From the NCBI GenBank assembly GCA_032718475.1, contig JAUCBJ010004643.1, forward strand, positions 1,603 through 65,602: DNA of 64,000 nucleotides, written 5' to 3'. How positions within the stretch are numbered: the stretch's first letter is position 1; every line of letters starts with the position of its first letter. Positions 51,200 through 63,415 of the stretch are shown piece after piece. The DNA is from Nemertoderma westbladi (lineage: Eukaryota > Animalia > Xenacoelomorpha). A model generated the notes under the pieces. It saw nothing but the letters and a program-made list of their open reading frames with translations. It was not told where the DNA came from and did not search any database. The position numbers and the translations under genes are program-made.

Positions 51200-54100
51200 C
51201 TCTCGGTCTCACTCTAATAGACATAGACGACCAACTGGGCGATTGAGTTGTTGCATCTCAAAGACTATTCCTTTTTTCTTATAATTATGCCTCATCACTA
51301 TGAGTTCTACCGATTGCACTAAACCGTCATCGGATATATGGGTCTTGATGATACGACCTATCTGCCACCTCTTGCGGGGAAGATCTGACTCGACTATTTG
51401 ACCATGTCTCCGGAGCTGATATTTTCTTGCTGCTCAAACCATTTAGTTCTGAGTTGCAGCGTCGGAAGATAGTATTTCTTGAAGTGATCTGCGAAATGGT
51501 AGGATAACAACGGCATAAGTTGCCAAGTCTGTTTGCTGTATTCATCCCCATCATTAATATCTGAAGCGGAAAGCATGGCCACCGGCTTCTTGAGTAGAAA
51601 ATGCGCGGGTGTTAATGCTTCAAGGGAATCTGGACTCGAGGAGACTGGCATAAGCGGTCTCTCATTCACTTAGGCGGCGATTTCTTCCAACAGCATTTGC
51701 AGGAGTTCATCAGTGAGATACGCGCGGCAGGGCACTACAAAGTCAAATGCAGTCTTGACACTGCGTATAAGTCTCTCCCAACTTCCTACCCACCAAGGAG
51801 CATCTTTGGCGTTGAAGGCCCAGCTGGATGCTGTCACTTTCAGCTGATTGTCTGCCTGTCTTTGGTTCCAGTCGTTGACATAAGCTTTAATCTCGTTGTT
51901 GGCTCCGATGAAGTTTGTACCTTCCGATCGCATGGTGTTGCTAATCCCAAAACGAGCGATTTGTCGGCGCAAACTGAGTGTGAAACTATTGGTAAATAAA
52001 TCATTCACCATTGTCCAGATGAATCGCTCTACAAGTCATACAAACAAATATAATGCACCATTGCTTGACTATAGTTCTAGCGCGATACACTTCAATAGGG
52101 CCCAATAAATCCACACCGGTATTAGTAAAGGGTGGTTCATAACAGCTTACTCTTTCCCTAGGTAATTCTGCCTCTCGCTGGGTTAAAGGCCTACAAAATG
52201 CTTTCCTACAGGGTATACAGTTCCTAAGAACTTGATTTAGCGCTTTCGTGGATTATTAAAATAATAGCGGGCTTTAACTTTGCTAAGAACTCGTTCCCTA
52301 CCGGCATGATAAAGCCTACTGTGTACATCTACAATCATCTTGATTTGTATCTCAAGATTTCTAACTAGTATGGGAAAGAGAGGGGTGCATTGGTTAATCT
52401 CCCTCCAACACATATTAATCCATCAGATATCATGCTAGAAAATGAATCCTTTAAGCGCATCTGCGGATTTCTCAACAACAGGAAATACTTCTCAGGATCC
52501 TCATGATATTGTAGAAGTCTCAGTAGTTGCTTGTAGGTATCATCATGCTCCTGGTAAGTGATATTGTCAGCAAGAAACTTGTTAGATAGCCAATAAGTGG
52601 GAAGGTCTTTGATGGCATTGACCTCTTTGACTACTCCTGGGATGGCGTCACCGGTTGTCGTAGGCTTGGAATAGTGATGATGGAAACACAGTTTTAAATA
52701 GGTTATGGCTTTACAAAGCCTATTCCAAGAACTATAATATGCCATTGCTCTCTGAATAATAGGAGAGATTCCTTCAGAGACATCAGGTATACCAGTCTTC
52801 CAATCTCGCTCTCGAGTACTAACAACCGCCTTACCTGGGACTCGCTTAGGATCTTTAGATATTTCCTCGTTATGATCCTTATTGGAGTCATCGGCCGAAT
52901 GCAGTACCAACAGATCTATCGCCGGTTTGAACAGTTTGGATTTACCTGTCCGAGTTTTTGGTTTAACGGTCTCCGCTTCCTTGGCTTGTCTGATCTCAGC
53001 AGCAGTAAGATGGGGGGGGGGGGGGGCATTCCTCCTTTTTACTTAGGATGTCAGGGCCACCTAACCAATCTGGCTATCTGTCAGTTCCTTAGGTGTAGCT
53101 CCTATGGAGGCAATGTCATCAGCTGGATTAATAGTCCCAGGGCAATGTCTCCATTGGTCTATATTCGTGCAACTAAGTATAACATCTACTTGGTTAGTGA
53201 CAAAGGCGCTGAACTTGCAGACTTCGTTAGTAAGATATTCTAGAACGAGTAATGCATCTGTCCAATCTATCGTAAGAGCTAAGAGCTAAGAACTCTATCG
53301 TAAGAGTTAGGTTCCACAGCCTCTTGGGTAAAGAATCGCAGTGCGTGTTAATCGCTCAGTTTAGAATTATATCGCTCCACTACCTCGTTTAGCTCGTCAT
53401 CCTCATAGACCAACAACTCTTTGTTCTGTTGTATTAAATTACGCAGTTCGGTTTGTTTTGTCCAAGTTTCATTCTCGGTGAGGGGTTCGATCGTATTGTC
53501 CTCATCGTACAACACTTGAATTTTGTCGTTATCTGATTAGCATGGAGTTTCCTCAGCTGAAATAACCTCATTGTTCACAGTTTCCACACTCTCACATACC
53601 TGATTAATATGTTCGTTTTTCATCCTTTCTCGGAGAGTGCGTCCGGATGGTCCCGTGAAGTACCAACCCACCCTAGTTCGTCCCGCGTAGGTTTGTAGAG
53701 GCTGTGGTCGAGTAGGTCGCTTTTTCAGTGTCTCTAGCGCCTCATGCGCATTCTATCTGAGTAGCATCTGGACTCCAGGATAGTCAGTCTTGAATCTGGG
53801 GACTCTATACCGCTGGGCAAAGGTGTTCTCGTCCCAGTTATAAGGTTCTACCTGACTGGTGGCAAAGTTCTTAATAGCTACCATTTTAATAGACCTAAGA
53901 TTGTCGTTACCAGATTTATCCTGTGGCTAGATAGTGATCCCACATAGAAGTCCGTCAATACTGTAGATTTCCATACCTGCATGATCCTGGAAAGGTTAAG
54001 CTTAATTTGAAATTTCTCCTGGCCTGCAAATATGTCCTCGGCTAAAACTTTGTTGATAAAGGTGCCTGTACTACCTGAATCTAGGAGGGCTTTAATAATC

Positions 54101-56750
54101 AATCTCTTACCATGTCCATGTATCCTGAGCTGCACCACGGGAAATTCTCTTATGCCAATAGATGGTTGTGAGACCTTCCACGAGAAATGTTTATCTGGAA
54201 TGGATAGTTGGATTTCCTCTCCATCGGTTGCCACCTCATGGGTAAGGGCTCTATATACGGCTGTGTTGATCATGTAACATGATTCGTTTTCATCAGAAAA
54301 CTCGTCCATATAGAATCCTTCCTTCTCCGAACTCTGGTCAGTATCATTCACGTCACTGAACTGGAAGTGCAACTCTGCTTCACTCACCTTATCAAACTCG
54401 CTATGTAATAACGAGTGATGTTTAGCTCCACATTTAGCACACCTAGCGTCTGAATAGCAAGTTTTCCTCTGATCACCTCTACTCAAACAATTGTAACATA
54501 CCCTCTTATCCCAAGTTACACTATGCCTGTCCTTAAGGTCTTTTTTCAAGAATTCCTCTACTTACTTAAATGATGGGGCCCTTCGCATGACACAAACTTA
54601 CGCTTAAGATTGTTTACCTTTTGTTGGACTGTGTTCTGTACACGAGTTATTTCTTTGGGCTTCTTACTAGTAATCCTCTTGGGTGACATCGGACGAGTCT
54701 TAAGTTGTTCTCCCTTTTTGTTATTATGCCGAACTTTGGGTTTTCCTATGTCCTTACCTTTATTTATTTGTGTAATAGCTGTCGGCAGTGTCTTGTATAC
54801 TGTCCTCATCGTATGAGATATGACTCTCATACTCGGTGTAACATACAGGAGTTACTCTTTTCCTAGCAACTGGTTTCTTGCTTACCTTAGTTTCAGGAGT
54901 CTTCTCTCTAGACTGTTTAATTAGCTGTAATCTTACCTCTCCTGTTAGGAAAGACATAAGGTCTGCCATTGTAGGATTCCTGATTCCATTACTAGGGAAC
55001 CTCCTGGGCGCTACTAATTTCGCATACAAGTATCTAGCTATGTTAGTCCTATTACCATACCTGATATTGAGTGTATCCCAAACTTGTTATAATCTGTCAT
55101 GATATCCAATGAACTTTAATGCCATCAATTTGGGGGGACCTTCCAAGCACTCGATGAGGAATTGTAACTTTTCTCCGTTTGATAATACAGACGGCACATA
55201 GCAGGCACATATGGGATATCATTATAAGTTGGTTTATTAAAACAATTAGTATGGTTTGCTGTAGGGGTTTCCACTTCACTAGCAGTATAGATGCGTATAG
55301 GCTCTACACGATTCAGACCTAAGAGGTTGAAAAGCAGTTACAGGGGGTGGTTGTATACCCTTTTTTTTATGTTTACTAACTTATCGCTTTCTAGAGCGAT
55401 GCATTGCTGTTCTTCTTGCAACTCTAATTTATTATCTCGTACTGTTCCCTTCAGTGAGTTGACAGTACCTTCCAAATCCCTCAACTGCTCCACAGATTGG
55501 ACTGGTCCGGGAGCCGCCAATGGATTGGCTGGATGGCCCGTTGGGGCGACAGGGGACAACCCTTTCCCGAACGATTTTCATTCTCTGGGCTTACTGCCAA
55601 TCTGGGATACTGGCATTTGGCTACTGGTCAAGGGAGTATTTGTACTTTCTAAAGGGAATCCTAGAGTCAGGTTCAAACAGTATTGGAGTCTTCACTAATG
55701 GAGTAGACTTAATAATAGGTGTAATTACTTCAGGCTTATCTAGAATAGTGGGAAGCCTATCAGACTCCACTACCTGGGTTATTAACCCACCAGTGTTTAG
55801 ATCCGTGCTCACCAATTCTCTTCTCACTGGAGCAGCCTTTCTCTTTGCCTCAGCGGGTTCAACCTCTAATTTCGCCTTTGAGTCGATTAGTCTCTGCTTC
55901 ACTTCTCTAGCATTCTCTAATGCTATGAGAGCTCCTTCATTTTCTTTAGCCTGCTCGGTGGCTTGCCTTTCTAAGTACAGTACGTCTAGTATGTGTTGGG
56001 CTGCTTCACTACGTGGGTGTAGACCAGCTAGATGTCTCCTTAACTCCTGGTCTCCTATGAATCGTTGGTAATCCAACAAATAAATGTCAACAGCGTCTCT
56101 CTTTGGTTGCCCTTCGGGTGCTGCCTCGCCTTCTTCATAAGAAAGAATGGTGTCAGTGGATTCCCCGTAAACGAGTTGATCTGCTAACTGAGCTTTCCAT
56201 GTGGTTGTTCCTTGAACTTTGTTCTTCACTCGTTGAAACAAAGTCTTTACTGCCACCTGCAGTGATGTATCTTGACTCCTCTTTGAGGCTTCTTCGAATG
56301 CCGACAGAATTAATCTAATTCTTAATATCTGCTCCAGTCTTCCTAAGGTTTCCAGTCGCCCTAAGGAGTTAAAGAATCCCTGGACATGCCCTGCTGCTGA
56401 CCTCTTCCATACCGCCGGATCTCAGGTATCTCTAACCACGCTCAGCTGATATAGATCTTCCCAGGAAACTTCCAAAAAGTTGAAAGGTATTCTGGGTCCG
56501 GGAAAGTCCCATTGAGTTTCCACAATGGACTCTGATTCTCCGTGCGAGTACCCGGCATAACTCTCCTTGGTCAATCGCTTATTCTGTATCCAATCTGCCA
56601 AGTATTCTTCTATGGCTAGAAGAACTTGAGTGAGCATTCTTCCAGGAAGAGAGAATAGTTGCCTTAGGAGGGCATTAATCTGTGATTCGAGCTACCACAA
56701 GCTATCTAGCTACAGTATAAGGACAACGACACTATTGTATGGATGCCCAT
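51200..56750 (-). mobile_element. Decayed BEL/Pao LTR retrotransposon (gag, protease, partial RNase H, integrase); RT apparently deleted; LTRs not recognised
   Basis: Gag knuckles CYNCLSRGDQRKTC..CAKCGAKHHSLLH. Protease ALLDSGST. RNase H end WTD..QWRHCPGTINPAD (~53110-53270). GLICVGGRL. Integrase PFTNTGVD, GTNFIGA, PWWVGSWERLIRSVK, NERPL, LTPAHFL. Confidence 0.9.
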
Positions 56751-57046
56751 TACAGTCACTAAACATCTCATTACACTTGTTGCTTCCTTGTACTCATATA
56801 ATAATGCCAAATTAAAACTAAATTGGGAAAAACAACGGTTTTTTTGCTTCTTTTATTCTTTTGACATGTCCATTAGTGTGACTGTGATCTACTTTATAAG
56901 GTAAAATTCCAGATTCAAATGTTTTCTGCGTTCATTTGTTTTCTTACAAACAATAATCGATAAAATTGAGTCATTCCAATGAGTTTGGTACATATTGTCT
57001 ACTTGTCCAATGTTATTGCGCCAATAACAGATAAGTTATTTTCGGT

Positions 57047-57493
57047 ACTTATCATTCGAGGTTAAGACCCCTAGATCCCTTCCTATAATAAATGTATAAT
57101 AACAAACACCTCGAAAACACAGCTTGCCAACACATTGTCACTATCAATAGTAAAAATCAGGGGCTAATAAAATGGCAGCTGGCTTTGAAATTGGTACTCC
57201 ATATCTCAAGAACCTGTGTCCTCTAGTGGTTATTGTCTCAGCTTCCACCTCGAGGTCCCAGGTTCAAATCCGACACCACGCTGAATAGACCCAGTAATGT
57301 CGAAACGCGAATGTGGTTTGGAGAGATATGAGATATTAATTTCAATAAAAATTACGCGATTCCTAAATTTGTACACTACCCAGTTAAAAAGTACGCATGT
57401 GGTGGGATTAGTGCATTAATCCTACAATTGGGCCAATAACACTTATCATTCGAGGTTAAGACCCCTAGATCCCTTCCTATAATAAATGTATAA
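57047..57493. repeat. 53-bp perfect direct repeat (57047-57099 and 57441-57493) flanking a SINE-like sequence
   Basis: ACTTATCATTCGAGGTTAAGACCCCTAGATCCCTTCCTATAATAAATGTATAA occurs twice. Confidence 0.9.
57215..57320 (+). mobile_element. tRNA-derived SINE-like head with Pol III A and B boxes
   Basis: A-box-like CTAGTGGTTA (~57223) and B-box GGTTCAAATCC (57261) at tRNA-like spacing. No intact cloverleaf. Confidence 0.6.
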
Positions 57494-57865
57494 AAACTCG
57501 ATATGGTATCCATTTGATAATATCGTTTATGTAATGAAGTAGAAAAGACCAATGTGTAAAGACGCCACCCGGGGTCTACAGTACCGTACTGAAAATGACA
57601 CTATTCAGCTTTTATAACCCTTGTAATTATGTATAAGACCCTATTATGTAACCCTCGTTCGGTGCATAAATACACTCGGGCCATAACCCTGAAAAGTACC
57701 ACTTTTCGCACAATTATATAAAATGCAAAGTCATTACTATTAGCATTGTTTATTATGTATTTGAATACATATAGTATATACCGGTACTATAGGCCTATAT
57801 ATTCTACAGCAAAATTAATAATAATCAGAAGGAAATCAATATCTATGAAAAATATGTCCAGGATT

Positions 57866-59392
57866 TCAATTTTTTTTACCACTCAATTTTTCCTTTACAA
57901 TGGTTGAGAATCTGTCCAGAAACATGTTGATGTGGTACTCCTGCAAAGTCAGTGACGGTCGTGTTCTAATCGATCGCTCACCGCATCCACCAACCACCAC
58001 GCCTTCTGAACGCAATTTAGCTATCACTGAGTCTTTAATCCCAGGTGTTACCATATCCACCGCACATAAAGTTCCTGCTCCCCTTACATTAGATACGAAG
58101 TTGGGGTACGTCACTGAAAGTTCCAACAATCCCTTTTTGAGAAGGTCCCCAGCTTTTCGCGCATTATTCAACAAATCCTTGGACTTCATTTCTTTTAAGA
58201 ATGCTTCAAGAAGGACAACTTTCGATGGATCTCCAACCCAGGTGTTGTATATCCTAAACGGCAGATCAGGTCTGTAATCCTTTTTGTAATAATATCCTCC
58301 AGTCATCAATTTCTTGCTGAATGTCACCATGTCTGGCGATTCAGGAAGATCAAACAGTTCGTGCATCCACATCTCCCCACTGGCGCCACCACCTGTCTGA
58401 ACTTCATCCATAATCAATGCAACATTGTTTGATTTACATATACGTTGAAGAGAGCGAAAGAAATTACCAGAGGCGTGTTTATCACCCCCTTCGGCCTGCA
58501 TTGGTTCTACAATCACCCCGGCAACAGGACAGTGACAACTCCACCTTTCAATAAGATCTTCGACCATCGCTAAACATCGCTCTTCTTCTTTCTTATTCTC
58601 AACAATGTACTCATCAAGCGGGTATTGCAGTTGTGGAAAATCCGCAATTGGCCAATCAAATGCAGGCACATCTAGTTTGTGGATTGGCTTCGAATGAGTG
58701 CACGATAATGTACCTAGAAGTCTACCGTGGAATGCACCTGCAAATGATAGTATCGAGAGCTTTGGGCATCCAGGTGACTGATTAATCAGGGCAGAGTCCA
58801 GATCCTCCTTACTCGCAGGCTGATTGTCCCGTTTGTTAATCATATAGCTTATGAATGCTTGTTTCATAGCATTCTCATTAGAACATGTCCCACACGCCAT
58901 CTGTTGCACTTCATTTAGCCCATTTGGAGCTACAGACATCAAAGTATCTACCAAACGGCTCGGAAAACTATTTGGTGGGAACGATGATAGAGCTGGTCTG
59001 TTTGCAAATAAGGCTATGTTTTTGGGATCTATCACTGCTTCCAATAGGGCAGGATGGTTGTACCCCAACGGAATGGAGCTGATCTGCATGAACAGATCGA
59101 GAAGACGGTTACCATCGGCATCTACAATAAAATTTCCGTGGCTCTTCTCATAATCAACAAAAAAGGTCACGGCCCCAGCATTTTGTAATTTCCCGAGCTC
59201 TTTATGTAGTTGGTTTGTTTTCGGTCCTGGACATTCTGACACCATGTGAATGGAATCGTGGTCGTTTGGGAAGATTGTGTGATGAGTTGGATGATTGTTA
59301 GGGAATACGTTTCCTGTAGTTACTCGACGAGATGAGACAGTCAATGTCTTTCCAGGGCTACATATATTTCGGTACAATAGATTGCCAGACAT
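57866..59392 (-). CDS. ABAT: 4-aminobutyrate aminotransferase (GABA transaminase), mitochondrial type, intronless, 508 aa
   Basis: Class III PLP aminotransferase motifs: QISSIPLGYNHP, MACGTCSNENA, AFHGR, EPMQAEGGD, MDEVQTGGG, TFSKK (PLP lysine), NTWVGDPSK, RPSL. The N-terminus is rich in R/S/T, like a transit peptide. Confidence 0.97.
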   Translation of the reverse strand: MSGNLLYRNICSPGKTLTVSSRRVTTGNVFPNNHPTHHTIFPNDHDSIHMVSECPGPKTNQLHKELGKLQNAGAVTFFVDYEKSHGNFIVDADGNRLLDLFMQISSIPLGYNHPALLEAVIDPKNIALFANRPALSSFPPNSFPSRLVDTLMSVAPNGLNEVQQMACGTCSNENAMKQAFISYMINKRDNQPASKEDLDSALINQSPGCPKLSILSFAGAFHGRLLGTLSCTHSKPIHKLDVPAFDWPIADFPQLQYPLDEYIVENKKEEERCLAMVEDLIERWSCHCPVAGVIVEPMQAEGGDKHASGNFFRSLQRICKSNNVALIMDEVQTGGGASGEMWMHELFDLPESPDMVTFSKKLMTGGYYYKKDYRPDLPFRIYNTWVGDPSKVVLLEAFLKEMKSKDLLNNARKAGDLLKKGLLELSVTYPNFVSNVRGAGTLCAVDMVTPGIKDSVIAKLRSEGVVVGGCGERSIRTRPSLTLQEYHINMFLDRFSTIVKEKLSGKKN

Positions 59393-60557
59393 CCTAAGAG
59401 AAGCATAATAAAAACTATTAATTCAAAGTGAATCATTTATACAAATGAATAAAGATTAAAAAATCCTTATAGCAGTAGAAGTTCAACTGCTGCTCTAATA
59501 ATCGATTCCAATGTATTCTACAGTATGTGACATACAAATCCAGACCAGCCCATTCAACACCTACTGTAGGTCTACCCTGCCTTTGACTTATTACCTACGC
59601 ATGTATGTAATTGAAAGAAAAGCAACGTATTTTCATAAAATATTTAGACATTTTATGTTCAAAGACACATCCATGGTGGATGTTCTAGGACAGTGTGTTT
59701 ATACCCGCTGTCATATCGTCAGTCAGCATCGTAATTCGTTGATTTTCTGGTATTTAGGCTTACTGGTACTATCAGTCATTAGACATACCACTTCTCGATA
59801 GAGGCGGCACGGTAGGCCTACTAACTGGAAGCCAAGGTGGGATCATCTACCCAGTACCGGTACTATATGGTATAATGTACGGCGAGCAATGGGGTACCTA
59901 CTAAAATATAAAACGACCTGAAACGATCTGAAACGACCTGAAACGACCCGGAAGGACCTGAAACGGGCTGAAACGTCCACGAAACGACCGGAAACGACCA
60001 CAAAAACGACCTAAGAAACCTGAAACGACGATCACAAAAACTGCCTAGAATGTGCTAAACCATGGTAAACTTAGTTCACGACCATGAAATGACCTGAAAC
60101 GAGCTCAAACGAACACAAAAATGGCCTACACTGTGCTAAACCATGGTAAGCTTAGATTACAACCTGAAACGACCATGCAACGTCCTGAAACGAGCACCAA
60201 AAACGACCCAGCAGGTAGTTTTCAGGTAACGTCCCGGCAGGTGATATGCTTTAGTATACCAGTCGCTCTATTGTATTGAGTATGTTGTTAGCGTATCCAA
60301 TTCGCTGCACTTCCCAGCGGAAAGTGGGGAGAGTGGCTTTTTACCAATTATGGTTGATTAGGTGACATTACCAATATAATGTCACCTAACAATTGGCACC
60401 TAGCAATATATAGTGCGAGCCACAGGGAGAGATGCCAGCACACAGCTCATCTCAGGGTAGAAGCTAGCATAGGAACAGGGGATAGATCGACCAATGGTGG
60501 GACAGCATGTGTCCAATTACAGCGCGTCCACTGGTTGGCCACACCTAGGTAATTAAT

Positions 60558-62456
60558 GTGTCCCATGTAATATATAACCGTTACTCTGTCAATTGTACTT
60601 TAGTTGGTATATTGGGGGTATATAACAGGCAGTACTCTGTTAATCTACAGGAGCTAATAAACCAACAGGTTGATGCCATCAATGATGCTGACGACAGCAG
60701 GCAATCATCCCAGGCATGGAAATCGATCAATCTGCTTACTGGGCGGAAAAGCCAACCAACCACCAAGGTTAAGGCTGAATCACCAGCCGATCGCCTCAAT
60801 GGTTGGAAAGCCCACTTTGAAAAGCTCCTCAATAATGACAGGGTATTGCCTGATAACTTTATAGAAGTAAAGGTGTCTGAGTCTGTACTCCCAGATATTC
60901 CCATTGGCGATATCTCCTTTGCAGAAGTGAAGGCTGCTGCAAAGAGCATTAAGACCAATCGTGCCAGTGGAGTAGATGGTGTTCCCCCTGAGGTCTTTAA
61001 AATACCTGAGTGTTTAAAGCTCATCTATCCCATCATAGTAGACATGTACCGTACAACAAGAGTCCCACAAGAAATGAAAACAAATAAGTTGGTGCCAGTT
61101 CCCAAGAAGGGCAACCTAACACTCTATGGTTCTTTTCGGGGAATCTCATTGATCTCGATTGCTGCAAAGCTATACAATAGGATTCTATTAAATCGCATCA
61201 GGGATCCCATTGAGAGACTGCTCCGTGGAAATCAGAATGGGTTCCGTAAAGGTCGTGGGACCATGGAGCCCATTTTGGCACTTAGAAGGATAATTGAAGA
61301 ATTATCAAAAAAGAAAGACAGGCATCTGGCTGTTATCTTTGTTGACTTCTTCAAGGCCTTTGATTCAGTCTCTCGATCACGTATGTTCAGCATACTTTCA
61401 TTATATGGGATTCCTGATGAAATTATTGCAGCAATCAGATCAGTATACGATGGTTCGACAACATTTGTGTCTACTGTTGACGGTGACACAGAACCATTTG
61501 AAGTGTTATGGGGCGTCCTCCAAGGAGACACACTTGCACCATTCTTGTTCATTATTGTGGTTGACTATGTTCTACGCATGTCCTTAGATCATCATAATGA
61601 TGATGGGGTGATGATAACTCCACCTACTGGCTCCAGAAGTCGAGGAAATCCTGCCAAGTACCTAACTGATCTAGACTTTGCTGATGACTTAGGAGTACTC
61701 TCAGAATCATTAGAGGGAGCCCAACGGCTCCTCAGCTCATTAGAACATGCTGCTTCTAGTGTTGGTCTTTTTATTAACTCCAGAAAGACCAAAATTCTGA
61801 CAGTTAACTTTGAACGTCCTCAGCAAGTCTCTGATCGGATGAGCATAAGCTCAAAGGATGGTATGCTTGAGCATGTGGACGACTTCTGTTACCTGGGATC
61901 ATGGATCCGGAAGTCAGGTGAGGACCTTCGAATACGTAAGGGAAAGGCATGGGCAGCCTTGAATAGGCTTTCCAGGATTTGGAAGTCACCGAGAATTAAT
62001 CGGAAACTTAAGGTCCGATTATTTAGAGCAGCAGTAGTTCCAGTACTCCTCTATGGGAGTCCATGCTGGGCTCTAACTGCTGAGGACACCAAATCTCTGG
62101 ATGGCACATTCACAAGAATGCTACGCCGGGTTCATTGTGTCAAGTACAATGCACACATCTCCAACCAGACACTATATAACATTGGAGGTGTCTCATTGGT
62201 TCCCCCAAGCTTGACACTAGAACAAAATCGCCTCCGCTTTGCAGGACATTGCTTTCGCCGTGAGGACCAGCCAGTGCATAATCTTGTACTTTGGCAGCCT
62301 CATGGAGTGAATAAGCATGGTGGACAGCCCATGACTTTCTTGAGACGCATCTTAAAGGACACTGGCCTTAAAGATGCGGATGATCTAGCAAATGTCATGG
62401 GTGATAGGGAGTTGTGGCGGTGCAATTTTGTTGACAAGCCGGCACAGCATTCTTAA
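60558..62456 (+). mobile_element. 5'-truncated RTE-clade retrotransposon with an uninterrupted RT frame and no APE domain
   Basis: PVPKKGNL, QNGFRKGRG, FVDFFKAFDSV, GVLQGDTLAP, DLDFADD, FCYLGS, RLRFAGHCFR. (TAG)n tail at ~62487. Candidate 12-bp TSD TGGTATATTGGG at 60605 and 62496. RTE homology starts near 60650. Confidence 0.95.
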
Positions 62457-63219
62457 AAATGCAGCTGCAACACAGCATGCCGATCCTAGTAGTAGTGGTA
62501 TATTGGGTGAGCAGAAGTCGGACGGTTTTCAACCACCGTCGTTGTCTGCTGTCATTGTGCTACTGTTGTACTGATTACTACCGGTACTTGTATACTTATG
62601 AGAGATTAACAACATTAACACCAACCAAACTCATTTTCCTTTATTATAACCGGCCTTCGGCCTTCAGTCTTTCAGCCACAGCAAGCGGACGCAGCGACGC
62701 GTATTACAAACCAAGACAAAACCCGGTCGGGATTCACTGCCAATTCAAGGATCCCGTCACATATGTATATATGTTCCTAGCAATTTACTATCAGTAATGC
62801 CTTGGTGCCTTATTACAGTTCTACTGTAGTTCACCCTAGGATATTGCATTGCAATGGTAACGGAAACTGGTAGGCAAAAAGGTTGCTGTATTGAATTGAA
62901 GGAAATAATTTACTCTGTTTACGTTATTATTTTTATATATTATTAAATTGATATCATAATGATTTATTATTTTTTATTTTAACGAAACGATACGAAAAAT
63001 TAAAGGAATCGAAACACATTATTTCGTTTTTTTTCGATTCGTTTCATTATTTGCATGTATTTTTATTTAGTTTCGTTAAAGATTTTTTCGTTACGTTATT
63101 TTTTCGCTATTACCAAAATGGTTCGTTTCTTTTCGTTATGCCATCCCTGCATGGAAGTATGTAAATGGTTATTTTTGTATAGCTATCCACTACTCAGCAG
63201 TTCGGGTAATAAACCCAAC

Positions 63220-63415
63220 CACAGTTTAGAACACAATATTAGAACACAGTTTTAGAACTGCATTCTAGAACACAGTTTTAGAACTGCGTTCTAGAACACA
63301 GTTTTAGAACGCAGTTCTAAAACACAGTTCTAGAACACAGTTTAGAACACAACATTAGAGCACAGTTTTAGAACTGCGTTCTAGAACACAGTATTAGAAC
63401 ACAGTTTTAAAGTGG
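63220..63415. repeat. 13/26-bp minisatellite inside the foldback element
   Basis: AGAACACAGTTTT / AGAACTGCGTTCT units in tandem. Confidence 0.85.

Noticed and set aside
20550-53030. Long poly-G runs (~20550, 22967, 25914, 30398, 45868, 53012)
   Set aside because: They are scattered homopolymers with no shared context, and their lengths are unreliable in assemblies.
57215-57280. Functional tRNA gene
   Set aside because: A/B boxes are present, but the acceptor and anticodon stems do not pair; a SINE head fits better.
46600-57400. Paired LTRs and PBS for the BEL/Pao element
   Set aside because: No long direct repeat was found by eye on both sides. The TGGCGC near 57020 sits in a small palindrome and is not convincing as a PBS.
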